From NCBI GenBank assembly GCA_003552465.1, contig PULQ01000053.1, positions 1 through 50,411 on the forward strand: DNA of 50,411 nucleotides, written 5' to 3'. The notes below the pieces were generated by a model. The model had not been told where the DNA came from, did not search any database, and worked only from the letters and a program-made list of their open reading frames with translations. The position numbers and the translations under genes are program-made. Origin of the DNA: Dehalococcoidia bacterium. GTDB lineage: Bacteria > Chloroflexota > Dehalococcoidia > GIF9 > AB-539-J10. The stretch's first letter is position 1, and each line of letters opens with the position of its first letter. This document shows, one piece after another, positions 41,583 to 50,282 of the stretch.

Positions 41583-42185
41583 CTATCTCTTTGTTGCGCC
41601 GATGATATACCACCCTTCGGGCTTCTCGCTTTCGGTGTCGACCGTCAGGTGCACGATGTTGAGGTCGGGATACGACGCTTTCAGGTCGTCCAGGTCCACG
41701 TCCTCGAACTTCGCCTTGTTGTTCAGGTAGGCCTGCTCGGTAAGGGCATTCGACTCGTAGTTGTCCTTTGATCGCCGCAGTATCCGTGCGAGGGATGCCT
41801 CCTGGGAACAGTGGGTCTGCAGGATGACGAAGGTCTTGTTGTGCCTGGCCGCTATCTCGGCCGCCCGCCTTCTCAACGACTGCGTGACGAAGGTGGCGTC
41901 GAGGATGGCACTCCCCTCCTTCTGGAGAGCCTCGCCGGCGCGGCGAAAGGTCTCATCGTACACCCTCGTCCGTTTGCTCATATCGGAGGCCACCTTGTCG
42001 TCGAATATGTCTTCGTCCTTCAGTACCTCGAGCCTGATCAGGTCGGAGCGGAGAATAGGGTAGCCCTTGATACTGGAGATCTCCTCACTCGTCTCCGTCT
42101 TCCAGGTGCCCGGCAGTCCGCATGTGATGAGCAGGACGTCATGTCCCAGTTCTCTCTCTATGTACTCCCTGAACTGTTCTCTCAA
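41583..42185 (-). CDS. P-loop kinase (AAA_33-like)
   Basis: CGLPGTWKT, LRSDLIR, ILDATF. Confidence 0.82.
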   Translation of the reverse strand: MREQFREYIERELGHDVLLITCGLPGTWKTETSEEISSIKGYPILRSDLIRLEVLKDEDIFDDKVASDMSKRTRVYDETFRRAGEALQKEGSAILDATFVTQSLRRRAAEIAARHNKTFVILQTHCSQEASLARILRRSKDNYESNALTEQAYLNNKAKFEDVDLDDLKASYPDLNIVHLTVDTESEKPEGWYIIGATKR

Positions 42186-42381
42186 CTCCCGTCCCTTTCT
42201 ACCATGACGTGTATACCCGGATGCATCCGTAAGGCCGTGTTACACCCCGGCGGCTTGAGTCCTTGTCCGCAACACCCCTCAGATATCTCACACGGCACCG
42301 GATATCCGTCCCGCATTCTAAGGGCCGTGGCGCGGCGCCGGGTCCATCGGGTTGTCAGAGGTGAACACCTAGCCCATCGTA

Positions 42382-42567
42382 TCACCCGGGATGAATGCAC
42401 AGTTGTTTCCTGATTAACTCGCAGAGGCTCTCCTTGATCTCGGAATGACGCGGCACCGGGGCACTCCTATTGTTCTTGGGGTTAACGTATATGTCATGCT
42501 TCCTTCCATGGCGCTTCGGGTAGCATCCCTCCGCCACAAGTTGCCTGATGAGATCATGTCGCTTCAC
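42382..42567 (-). CDS. hicA: HicA family toxin
   Basis: MKRHDLIRQL..GRKHDIY..VPRHSEI. Confidence 0.9.
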   Translation of the reverse strand: MKRHDLIRQLVAEGCYPKRHGRKHDIYVNPKNNRSAPVPRHSEIKESLCELIRKQLCIHPG

Positions 42568-42779
42568 ACCTCTATTCCGATCTCTCTGGTCTGGGCTGAT
42601 ACCGGCGGGTGAACATCCTCTTCAGTCATCAGGCGATATGCATCCCGAATGTTCTCCTGGAGTTCCTCCAGTGACTCTCCCTGGCTGAATACTCCGGGGA
42701 CCTCCTTCAACCTGCCGACAAACCAGCCTTCATCGGTCCAGTACTCGAGCGTGAAGTGCCTCGCTATTCTTCCTTCCAT
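42564..42779 (-). CDS. hicB: HicB family antitoxin (short form)
   Basis: GWFVGRLKEVPGVFSQGESLEELQENIRDA; overlaps hicA by 4 nt. Confidence 0.9.
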   Translation of the reverse strand: MEGRIARHFTLEYWTDEGWFVGRLKEVPGVFSQGESLEELQENIRDAYRLMTEEDVHPPVSAQTREIGIEV

Positions 42780-43049
42780 GTTGGTAGTTCTCCTTTGGGA
42801 TCTAACCCCTTCCATCATCTCCCGATTACTGCAAGGCTCTAAGCCAGACAACCCGGTTCTAGCAAGCCAAGACACCGCAACTCACGGCTGCTCCTGCGCT
42901 CACCATTATACCAGCATTGGGCGGAAGCAGGGGTTGCCATCAGCGCCCGCCACGGATTATGGTATACTTCGGTGTTCAGTCGGGCCTTATGTGACTGAGG
43001 CAGAGAGGCCGCCCGGTTCTGCAGGGCGTCTCTGCTGCCCGGATAGAGG

Positions 43050-45500
43050 ATGAGCGAGCAGAGTCCAGGGCGACGATGGAGGCTGCCCCCGGCAGCCATA
43101 GCGGCCATGATCGTGGCCGGCCTGTGCGGTTTGTCACTGTACATACGCCTGGACCTTCCGTATGACCGGATCTTCATCAACGACTGGGTGTGGTTCCGGG
43201 AGACCGATGCCTACTACTACATGCGTCACATAGAGAACATGGTCCACAACTTCCCCCGCTTCAATCCCTTCGATCCATATATGCTCTACCCCGGTGGTGG
43301 GGAGGGGCTTACCAGGCCGTTTTTCGCGTGGCTGGTGGCGGGCGCGACCAGGCTTTTCTTCGGGGCGAGTCCTACCCAGTTCCAGATCGCAGCTGTGGGC
43401 GCCTATATGCCCGCCATCCTCGGCACGCTGACCCTCATTCCTGTGTACTTCATCGGCAAGGCGTTGTTCAGCCGCTGGGCGGGCGTGCTCGCGGCGGCAC
43501 TGGTTGCCATCCTGCCCGGCGAGTTCCTGCACCGGTCGTTGCTCGGCTTCACGGATCACCACGTGGCGGAGGCCCTGTTCAGTGCAACGGCCATCCTGTT
43601 CCTCATACTGGCGGTCAGGAGCGCCCGTGAGAGGGAGATCAACTTCGGTCACCTGCTGGGAAGGGATTGGTCGACCATCAGAAGGCCTCTCGTTCATACG
43701 CTGCTTGCCGGCGTCTTCCTCGGCTTCTATCTCCTTTCCTGGAAGGGAGGGTTGCTGTTCATCTTCATCGTATTTGCCTACCTGGCAGTTCAGTTCATAG
43801 TCGATCATCTGAGGGGCAGGTCGACCGATTATCTGTGCATCATCGGGACTCCGCTGTTCCTGGTTGCATCCCTCCTGCTTCTGCCGGTGCTGGGTGTAGC
43901 GTGGGCGGATCGTGCCTACTGGTTTGCGCTGCCCTTCGCCATACTGGTGCCCGTGGTCCTGAGCGTGATCTCACGACTGCTGTCGGGCAGGGGGGGGAAA
44001 TCTGCTTACTATCCGCTGGTGCTGGCCGGGGTGGTCGGGATTGTGCTGGTTGGGCTGCTTGCCATCAACCCCGACCTGCTTCGCTTCATGCTGAGCCAGT
44101 TCGGCATCTTTGCCCCTGTAGGAGCCGCCCGCACCGTCCTGGAGATGCACCCCCTTACCCCTCAGATAGCATGGTCCAACTTCACTACCTCCTTTTTCAT
44201 CTCGTTGATAGCGCTTGTCATGCTCGGCTTCGTGGCCGTCAGAGAGAGAAGTGCGGAGAAGACCGTGTTCCTGGTGTGGTGCGTGGTGATGCTGGCGGCG
44301 GTAATCGGGCAGCGCCGCTTCGGATACTACTTCGCCGTGAATGTCGCCCTGCTCGCCGGGTACTTCTCCTGGAAGATGCTCGACCTGGCCGGCCTAAGGA
44401 GACTGCTGGCCAGGCGGAGGGAGGTGGTGGCAGCAGCAGTCACGACTACCAGAAAGAAGAAGCAGAAGAAACCGCGTCGGAGATCCGGCCCCGGGGGGTT
44501 CATGCAGCCCAGAGATGTCTGGATCAAGGTTATCATCGTGGGAGTGCTCATCTCATTCGCAGTCTTCCACTTCCCGAATTTCGTTCCCACCAAGTATGAC
44601 ACTGAGTCCGGAGCATGGAGTCGCGGTCCCGTGACGGAGCGGCAGGAGACCCAGGTCACTGGCATGACACTTCTGATGGCCGAGGGGCGGCACTTCATCG
44701 GTGACTGGCTTGATGAGGGATGGGAGAGTTCGTGTATCTGGTTGAGGGAGAACCCCCCCGAGCCGTTCGACGACCCGGATTACTATTATAAGGTATACCC
44801 GTCCAGGGCCGATTTCGAGTATCCTGAGACGGCGTACGGTGTAATGTCATGGTGGGATTACGGCTACTTCATAATGCAGATCGGGCGTCGTATCCCCACC
44901 ACCAATCCAACGCAGGCCCGGGCGGTCGAGGCCGGTCAGTTCTTCACTGCGCTGGACGAAGACTCGGCCAACGAGGTGGCGGATGATAGAGGCCTCAGGT
45001 ACGTGATGATCGACCATATGATGGCGACCACCAAGTTCTATGCCATGGTTGAGTGGGCTGAGCCCCGGACTGGCAAGAGCGTGGACGAGTTCTACCGGAT
45101 CTACTACCAGACTGCTCAGGACGGAAGGCTGATGCCGGTGCGGCTGTATTACCCTGCCTATTATCGATCCACTGTCGTCAGGCTCTACAACTTCGACGGC
45201 GAAGCGGTGGAACCCACGGAGTCGACGGTGATCTCCTATGAGGATAAGACGAGCCGGGAGGGATTCAGGTATAGGGAGATAACCGGCGTGTGGTCCTTCG
45301 ACTCCTACGAAGAGGCACTGAACCACATAGAAGGCCGGGAGGCCGACAACTACAGGATCGTTAGCAGCAGCCGCTTCAGCAGCCCCGTGCCTCTTGAGGA
45401 GTTGACCGGTTACGAGCTGGTTCATGAGTCCGATGAGCGGGTCTCTATGGGGGACAGGAGCCTCCCCGGCGTGAAGGTCTTCGAATATGTCGGCGGCTGA
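43050..45500 (+). CDS. aglB: STT3-family oligosaccharyltransferase, archaeal AglB-like
   Basis: ETDAYY, FTDHH, QRRF, WWDYG, TNPTQ, DHMMATTK; many TM helices. Confidence 0.92.
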   Translation: MSEQSPGRRWRLPPAAIAAMIVAGLCGLSLYIRLDLPYDRIFINDWVWFRETDAYYYMRHIENMVHNFPRFNPFDPYMLYPGGGEGLTRPFFAWLVAGATRLFFGASPTQFQIAAVGAYMPAILGTLTLIPVYFIGKALFSRWAGVLAAALVAILPGEFLHRSLLGFTDHHVAEALFSATAILFLILAVRSAREREINFGHLLGRDWSTIRRPLVHTLLAGVFLGFYLLSWKGGLLFIFIVFAYLAVQFIVDHLRGRSTDYLCIIGTPLFLVASLLLLPVLGVAWADRAYWFALPFAILVPVVLSVISRLLSGRGGKSAYYPLVLAGVVGIVLVGLLAINPDLLRFMLSQFGIFAPVGAARTVLEMHPLTPQIAWSNFTTSFFISLIALVMLGFVAVRERSAEKTVFLVWCVVMLAAVIGQRRFGYYFAVNVALLAGYFSWKMLDLAGLRRLLARRREVVAAAVTTTRKKKQKKPRRRSGPGGFMQPRDVWIKVIIVGVLISFAVFHFPNFVPTKYDTESGAWSRGPVTERQETQVTGMTLLMAEGRHFIGDWLDEGWESSCIWLRENPPEPFDDPDYYYKVYPSRADFEYPETAYGVMSWWDYGYFIMQIGRRIPTTNPTQARAVEAGQFFTALDEDSANEVADDRGLRYVMIDHMMATTKFYAMVEWAEPRTGKSVDEFYRIYYQTAQDGRLMPVRLYYPAYYRSTVVRLYNFDGEAVEPTESTVISYEDKTSREGFRYREITGVWSFDSYEEALNHIEGREADNYRIVSSSRFSSPVPLEELTGYELVHESDERVSMGDRSLPGVKVFEYVGG

Positions 45501-45594
45501 GCGAGCGCTGTTAAGGCCAGTGATCGTCTACCCATCCCCTCGAAGCCAGAAGGCTGTTGTCTCGCGCCCTTGAGAGTTGATGGCGATGATGGGG

Positions 45595-46180
45595 TGGCGG
45601 GGTGATTCGTTTTGTGCAGGTCGAGTTTTTTGGCGATTGGACTGCCTGTTTTTCGTGTGTGGGGTGGGTGTGGGGAGCGCATTCAGTTGCTGAAACATGA
45701 GGGATTCGTTTCGGGAGGTGTGGGGTTTTCGGGGGGTGAAGAGTAACGAGTAACGAGTAATGAGTGACGGGTGAAGAGTGAATGCTAAACGGTGAATGGC
45801 GAATAGTGAATGGGGGAGAGACGAGATCGCCACGTCGCCCCGACTGCATCGGGGCTTCTCGCGATGACGGGGGTTCGGAGTGATGAGTGAAGGGGGGCGG
45901 CGCGAGGCTAAAGTGCCGATCACATCGAGCACCCTGGATGAAGTCGGGGCCTCGCACTACAGAGGCATTGGGGGCAAAGGCCCAGGCCCCGAGCGGGGAC
46001 AAGCCCCACTCCGACGAAGGGTCGGGATGGCGGGGGTCTTGTTCGGTTGTTAAGGTACAGGGGATTCGTTTTGTGCGGTGCGGGGAGCCTATTCAGTTGT
46101 CGGGTACGATTGATTCGTTTTGTGCAGTGTGGGGGGGGCTTATTCAGTTGTAAATGTACAGGGATTCGTTTTGTCAGGGC
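45595..46180. repeat. Repeat cluster: TTCRGTTGY..GATTCGTTT units, GAGTRAN heptamers, REPs and a filled GTAG REP
   Basis: Units at 45602, 45681, 46041, 46091 and 46142; REP at 45823-45868; 36-nt insert at 45914-45949. Confidence 0.8.
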
Positions 46181-46544
46181 CGGTCGGTGGCGTTGTTGAT
46201 CCGTCGGGGGTGGGGAAGCGGCCTGCGATGATGGACTCCAGAATGAGGTCGATAACCGTCTTCAGGTCCCTGTGGTCGGCTGCATCCAGGGAGTACATAT
46301 CGGAATACGCTTTTGCCAGGAGTCTGGAGGCTTCGGTGAGGACGCGGCGATTGTCGGGGTGGTGCTGAAGGGAGGATAGCAGTTTGACACGAACGAGTGC
46401 TGCCCGGGGGTCAACACCTTCTATGTTGATTCCGGTCCAGAGCTGGTCTGTTTCGGCGGGGCTAAGGGCAGGCGAGTAGAAGCCGTGTTTGCGGGCGTTC
46501 TGGTTGCCTTTCTGGCCACCGCGCTTCCTTCGATTTCGTTTCAA
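46140..46544 (-). CDS. Hypothetical protein with a basic KRGGQKGNQNARKHGFYS N-terminus
   Basis: RBS AAGGAGG, TTG start; motif resembles nucleic-acid-binding tails of small terminase-like proteins (inference). Confidence 0.7.
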   Translation of the reverse strand: MKRNRRKRGGQKGNQNARKHGFYSPALSPAETDQLWTGINIEGVDPRAALVRVKLLSSLQHHPDNRRVLTEASRLLAKAYSDMYSLDAADHRDLKTVIDLILESIIAGRFPTPDGSTTPPTGPDKTNPCTFTTE

Positions 46545-46559
46545 GCTGGGAATCCTCCT

Positions 46560-46775
46560 TCATCAGCGGTCAGGGGTGAGCGGTCAGCTTTCAGTTGTCA
46601 GGCGTTGGGGGTCGGGGGTCGGGGGTCTGCTGTCTGCTGTCATAACTCCCCTAGCCCCTCTTAGCTTAAGAGGGGGATTGAGCAATCGTCTTGTCCGGGG
46701 TCGGGGGTCAAGATGGGCAGAAGAGTACATCCTGAGTGAGATTCGTCGGTCGCTTCGCTTCCTCAGAATGACAGT
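46560..46775. repeat. GTCRGNN heptamer array, CCCCTCTTA..TAAGAGGGG hairpin and REP
   Basis: 7-nt periodicity 46560-46641; hairpin 46655-46675. Confidence 0.75.
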
Positions 46776-46948
46776 TTTGATCAAAGCAATTTCCGGGACT
46801 GAACACCAGTGCTGCGGGAGGGGCTGGTGCAGTTGACTTAGAACAAGAGTTCTAGACCAAGGATAGCACGGGTTCCTGGATTCAGTCAAGGGGAAAATGT
46901 CCGTCTCGATCCGGGCGGTCGCGGTTGGAAGGGCAAGGGGCGGGGGGT

Positions 46949-46998
46949 TAGTGGTTAATGGTTAATGGTTAATGGTTAATGGTTGATGGTTGATGGTG
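46949..46998. repeat. TAATGGT heptamer microsatellite
   Basis: About 7 units of T(A/G)ATGGT. Confidence 0.85.
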
Positions 46999-47026
46999 TG
47001 TGGCGGGATCGCCACGGCCAGACTGC

Positions 47027-47284
47027 GTCTGGCCTCGCGATGACGAGAGAGGGGTGTGCGTCTGGTCTCGCGATGACGAGAGAGGGGTGCGTCTGGCCTC
47101 GCGATGACGAGAGAGGGGTGTGCGTCTGGCCTCGCGATGACGAGAGAGGGGTGTGCGTCTGGTCTCGCGATGACGAGAGAGGGGTGCGTCTGGTCTCGCG
47201 ATGACGAGAGAGGGGTGTGTCTGGTCTCGCGATGACGAGAGAGGGGTGTGTGTCTGGTCTCGCGATGACGAGAGAGGGGTGTGT
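47027..47284. repeat. Tandem repeat, 8 copies of 31-33 nt
   Basis: GTCTGGYCTCGCGATGACGAGAGAGGGGT(GT/GC)n; no unique spacers. Confidence 0.92.
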
Positions 47285-47487
47285 CGGGGCTCGGGATGAC
47301 AAGGGGGAGTGAAGAGTGAATGGTGGGAGAGGCGAGATCGCCACGTCGCCCCGACTGCATCGGGGCTCCTCGCGATGACAATGGGGGGTATGTCGGGACT
47401 CGCGATGGTGGGGGATGCGCGCCCGGGCTCACATTATGCTTTACCGGGATTGACGCTTATGTTAATATAGACATTAAGGAGGTCAGC

Positions 47488-47769
47488 ATGGGAAAGATAA
47501 AGTCAATCGGGATGGCTGAGGCAAGGCCGAAGCTCACCCATCTTGTTGAAGAAGTCTGCGCCGGGGGAGATCCGTACCTGATAGTGTCCGGCAGCCGGGT
47601 GAAGGCAGTGCTCATGGGCATTGAACGGTACAATGACATGGTAGAGCGACTGGAAGACCTGAGCGATGCTGCCAGCCTGCTCCGGGCGGAGCTGGACCGT
47701 GAGCCGACCGTGTCTTTCGCTCAACACCTGGCGGAGTCTAAACAGGCAGAGAGCCGTGTATCGGCTTGA
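47488..47769 (+). CDS. Phd/YefM family antitoxin
   Basis: IGMAEARPKLTHLV...AVLMGIERY...LEDLSD; RBS AAGGAGG. Confidence 0.88.
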   Translation: MGKIKSIGMAEARPKLTHLVEEVCAGGDPYLIVSGSRVKAVLMGIERYNDMVERLEDLSDAASLLRAELDREPTVSFAQHLAESKQAESRVSA

Positions 47770-48010
47770 GATCAGTCAGACTGCCCACCGGCAGGTCCGG
47801 AAGCTTCCGGCATCCACCCGGGAGAGGATCAACAAGGCCATTGCGGGGCTGGGTGATGATCCCCGGCCATACGGCAGCAGAGAGCTAACAGCAGGCGAGG
47901 GATACAGGATTCGGGTGGGGGACTACCGTGTCCTGTACAGGGTTGATGATAAGTCCGGGACGGTCACTATCTACCGGGTGATGGGCAGGGAGGATGTCTA
48001 CCGGGGCTAG
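47756..48010 (+). CDS. relE: RelE/ParE family toxin
   Basis: YRLEIS..AHRQVRKL...DPRPYG...YRIRVGDYRVLY...REDVYR; GTG start. Confidence 0.9.
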   Translation: MYRLEISQTAHRQVRKLPASTRERINKAIAGLGDDPRPYGSRELTAGEGYRIRVGDYRVLYRVDDKSGTVTIYRVMGREDVYRG

Positions 48011-48175
48011 AGTGAATGGCAAATAGTGAATGGTGAATAGTGAATAGTAAAGAGAAGCGAGTGACGAGTAACGAGTGATGAGAGGGCGGAGTGACGGGAT
48101 CGCCACGGCCAGACTGCGTCTGGCCTCGCGATGACGGGGGCTCGGAGTGATGAGTGAAGAGCAGTCAGCGATCAG
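48010..48175. repeat. Heptamer array plus REP
   Basis: GTGAATR/GAGTRAC units; REP at 48096-48136 identical to 47005-47046. Confidence 0.75.
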
Positions 48176-48333
48176 CGGGACGAACCCGCCGATCTCGGTT
48201 GACAATAACCAGGAACTGCCGGATGAGCGCGGGTTCTCTGCCGGACCGAAAGAGTGTATAATTTCGTTGCCTCCGCAAGCTGATTGCTGTGCCTGGCAGG
48301 GGAAGGTTCTACTGTATGGAGGGAGGTTGAATA

Positions 48334-48540
48334 ATGCCAACGCTAAAGGAATTGCTAGACCAGTTACCGCCTGACCTGCAGGAGGAAGCCAAGGACTTCG
48401 TGGAGTTCTTACTGCAGAGGCGAGGTACGAGGGAGAATGGAGAGCTCAAGTTACAGTGGAGGGGAGCACTACGAGAGCTGAGGGACCGGTATACCTCGGT
48501 GGAACTCCAACACAAAGCTCTTGAATGGCGGGGTGACTGA
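48334..48540 (+). CDS. DUF2281-like antitoxin
   Basis: LPPDLQEEAKDFVEFLL...WRGAL...YTSVELQHKALEWR; coupled to the PIN gene. Confidence 0.82.
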   Translation: MPTLKELLDQLPPDLQEEAKDFVEFLLQRRGTRENGELKLQWRGALRELRDRYTSVELQHKALEWRGD

Positions 48541-48937
48541 TGTACCTCCTCGACAGTAACCTCTTCCTCGAACTTCTACTGGACCAACGTAAGGCGGATG
48601 AAGTTGAACAGCTGCTGCAAAGAACCCCGAGAGAGAAGCTGCACATCTCGGAGTTCTCAGTACACTCCATGGGCATCACTTTTTTCGCCATAAGCTGTTT
48701 GAAGTCTTTGCGCAGTTCCTGGGTGAACTAGTGGTGAAAGGCGGGGTTCGTGTGCTCAGGCTCTCTCTTCAGGACATTGGGGGACTGACGAGCATAGCGC
48801 AGCGATTCAAGCTGGACTTTGACGATGCCTATCAGTATGGAATTGCTGAGAAGTTCGACCTTGAGATCATCAGCTTCGATGGCGACTTCGATCGGACGGA
48901 AAGAGGCCGCAGGACACCAGCCCAGCTTGAAGTCTGA
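48540..48937 (+). pseudogene. vapC: PIN-domain (VapC) toxin split by a frameshift at a T6 run
   Basis: MYLLDSNLFLE... continues in the -1 frame as RHKLFEVFAQFLGELVVKGG...LDFDDAYQY...SFDGDFD. Confidence 0.85.
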
Positions 48938-49169
48938 TGCCGACGAAGTCGGGAATCGCGAATCTCATCGGGACAGACGCCCTGAACTACCCAACCTGCC
49001 ATGAGGCGGCCCGTCACTGATCGCCGTTCGCGGTTCGCCCATAATCAGGCATAGTTGGCCGAGAACACGTCAGGGAAACTGAGGGCAGTCGTGACGGGTG
49101 GGGTGGGGTTCATCGGGTCGCACTTGGTCGAGGGGTTGCTCGGATGGGGGGTGCAGGGTGGCCGAGGGG

Positions 49170-49398
49170 GCTGGGAGTGACGAGAGATGAGTGGCGAGGG
49201 AAGGGGGGCGGCGCGAGGCTGAAGTGCCGATCACATCGAGCACCCTCGATGAAGGCGGGGCCTCGCACTACATCAATTGTGTGACTGCTGAGTGCTGACT
49301 GTTGGGTGCTGGGTTTGGGGGCTGGGGGTGATAGGATGGGATGTGTCAGGCTTGGGATGGCGGGATGGGGGTGTCGGGGCTCAGGGTGACAGGATGGC
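49170..49398. repeat. Filled GTAG REP plus GCTGRNN heptamers
   Basis: 36-nt insert at 49225-49260; homologous to 45880-45960. Confidence 0.78.
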
Positions 49399-49755
49399 TT
49401 AGCGGGGGTAGACCCAGACGATTTCCTTCGCGGCCCGTTGCCATCTTCCCTGATCAGAAAGCTTCTGCCACTCCGCTGTGGTATATATGAGCAGGTCAAC
49501 GGGAACGGGAAGCGGGGTGGTATCGAATCCTGCAGGTCGCATCTCGAACGGCTGTGCCGAACTCTCCACAATGATCACCAGATCCAGATCGCTTCCCACC
49601 CCCCAATCGCCCCTGGCATAGGAGCCGAGATAGCCAATGCGCACGATCTCCCGGTGATGGGCGGTGATCTCTGCTACCCACTCATGTAATGTCCTGAGAA
49701 CCGTTTCCGGCTCAGGCCATTTGAGAATCGACGAACTCAACAATCTCACCGGCAT
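49399..49755 (-). CDS. Minimal nucleotidyltransferase (MNT)
   Basis: GYLGSYARGDWGVGSDLDL; start placed at MPVRLLSS. Confidence 0.88.
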   Translation of the reverse strand: MPVRLLSSSILKWPEPETVLRTLHEWVAEITAHHREIVRIGYLGSYARGDWGVGSDLDLVIIVESSAQPFEMRPAGFDTTPLPVPVDLLIYTTAEWQKLSDQGRWQRAAKEIVWVYPR

Positions 49756-50101
49756 AACGGATCGCCTGTTCACTCTGCAGTCTGCCGTGGTGTTCGAAGG
49801 GAGAACCCTCGGGAAAAGAATCCGGATAGCGTGGAGAAATGTAGTAGACATCCAGCAGTTGTGCCTTTTCCACCAGTTCAGCGGGGATGCTGATAGCCCC
49901 GGGCAACTCGCGGATGAGTTTGGCGACTACATGTCCCCAGGCTTCCTGCCCGGAGTGCAGATGCAGGGCTTTGACAGCCTTCTCGGCCGCCTGCTGGGCG
50001 GCAAAGCAGGCCCATTCATGGTGCCCGGTACGCCGCGAGTCCTCAGCCTGCTCCAGGTCCTTGTGTGCCTGCCTCAACCAGTCACGGTCACGATTTGCCA
50101 T
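49712..50101 (-). CDS. HEPN domain protein
   Basis: WLRQAHKDL, WACFAAQQAAEKAVKA, WGH, YISPRYP; RBS GGAGG. Confidence 0.92.
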   Translation of the reverse strand: MANRDRDWLRQAHKDLEQAEDSRRTGHHEWACFAAQQAAEKAVKALHLHSGQEAWGHVVAKLIRELPGAISIPAELVEKAQLLDVYYISPRYPDSFPEGSPFEHHGRLQSEQAIRYAGEIVEFVDSQMA

Positions 50102-50282
50102 CTGTTCCTCCGGTACATCATAGCTTACCACAGGATACCGTTTACCTTCTAATGCGGTGGGTGATGGGGAGGGCGTGGGCTTGTCCTCTGTAGCGGGGCC
50201 CTTGAGGGGAGGGAGGCGCGAGGCTGAAGCCTCGCACTACAGGGGTGCCGGGGGCGGGGAGTGATGAGTGAAGGGGCGGGAA

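Noticed and set aside
42190-42380. SAM or SAH riboswitch ahead of the ahcY-metK operon
   Set aside because: I could not find the SAM-I or SAH consensus elements; an Rfam search would settle it
46041-46176. TIGR-like dual-spacer guide array
   Set aside because: Only three adjacent ~50-nt units, variable parts are mutually similar, and no Nop-domain gene is nearby
47027-47284. CRISPR array
   Set aside because: Units are contiguous with no unique spacers, and there are no cas genes
46962-47432. ORFs with repeating HPSLVIARPD peptides
   Set aside because: Translations of the DNA tandem repeat; open in several frames and without an RBS
42382-50101. Prophage or integron
   Set aside because: No integrase, phage structural genes or recognisable attC sites
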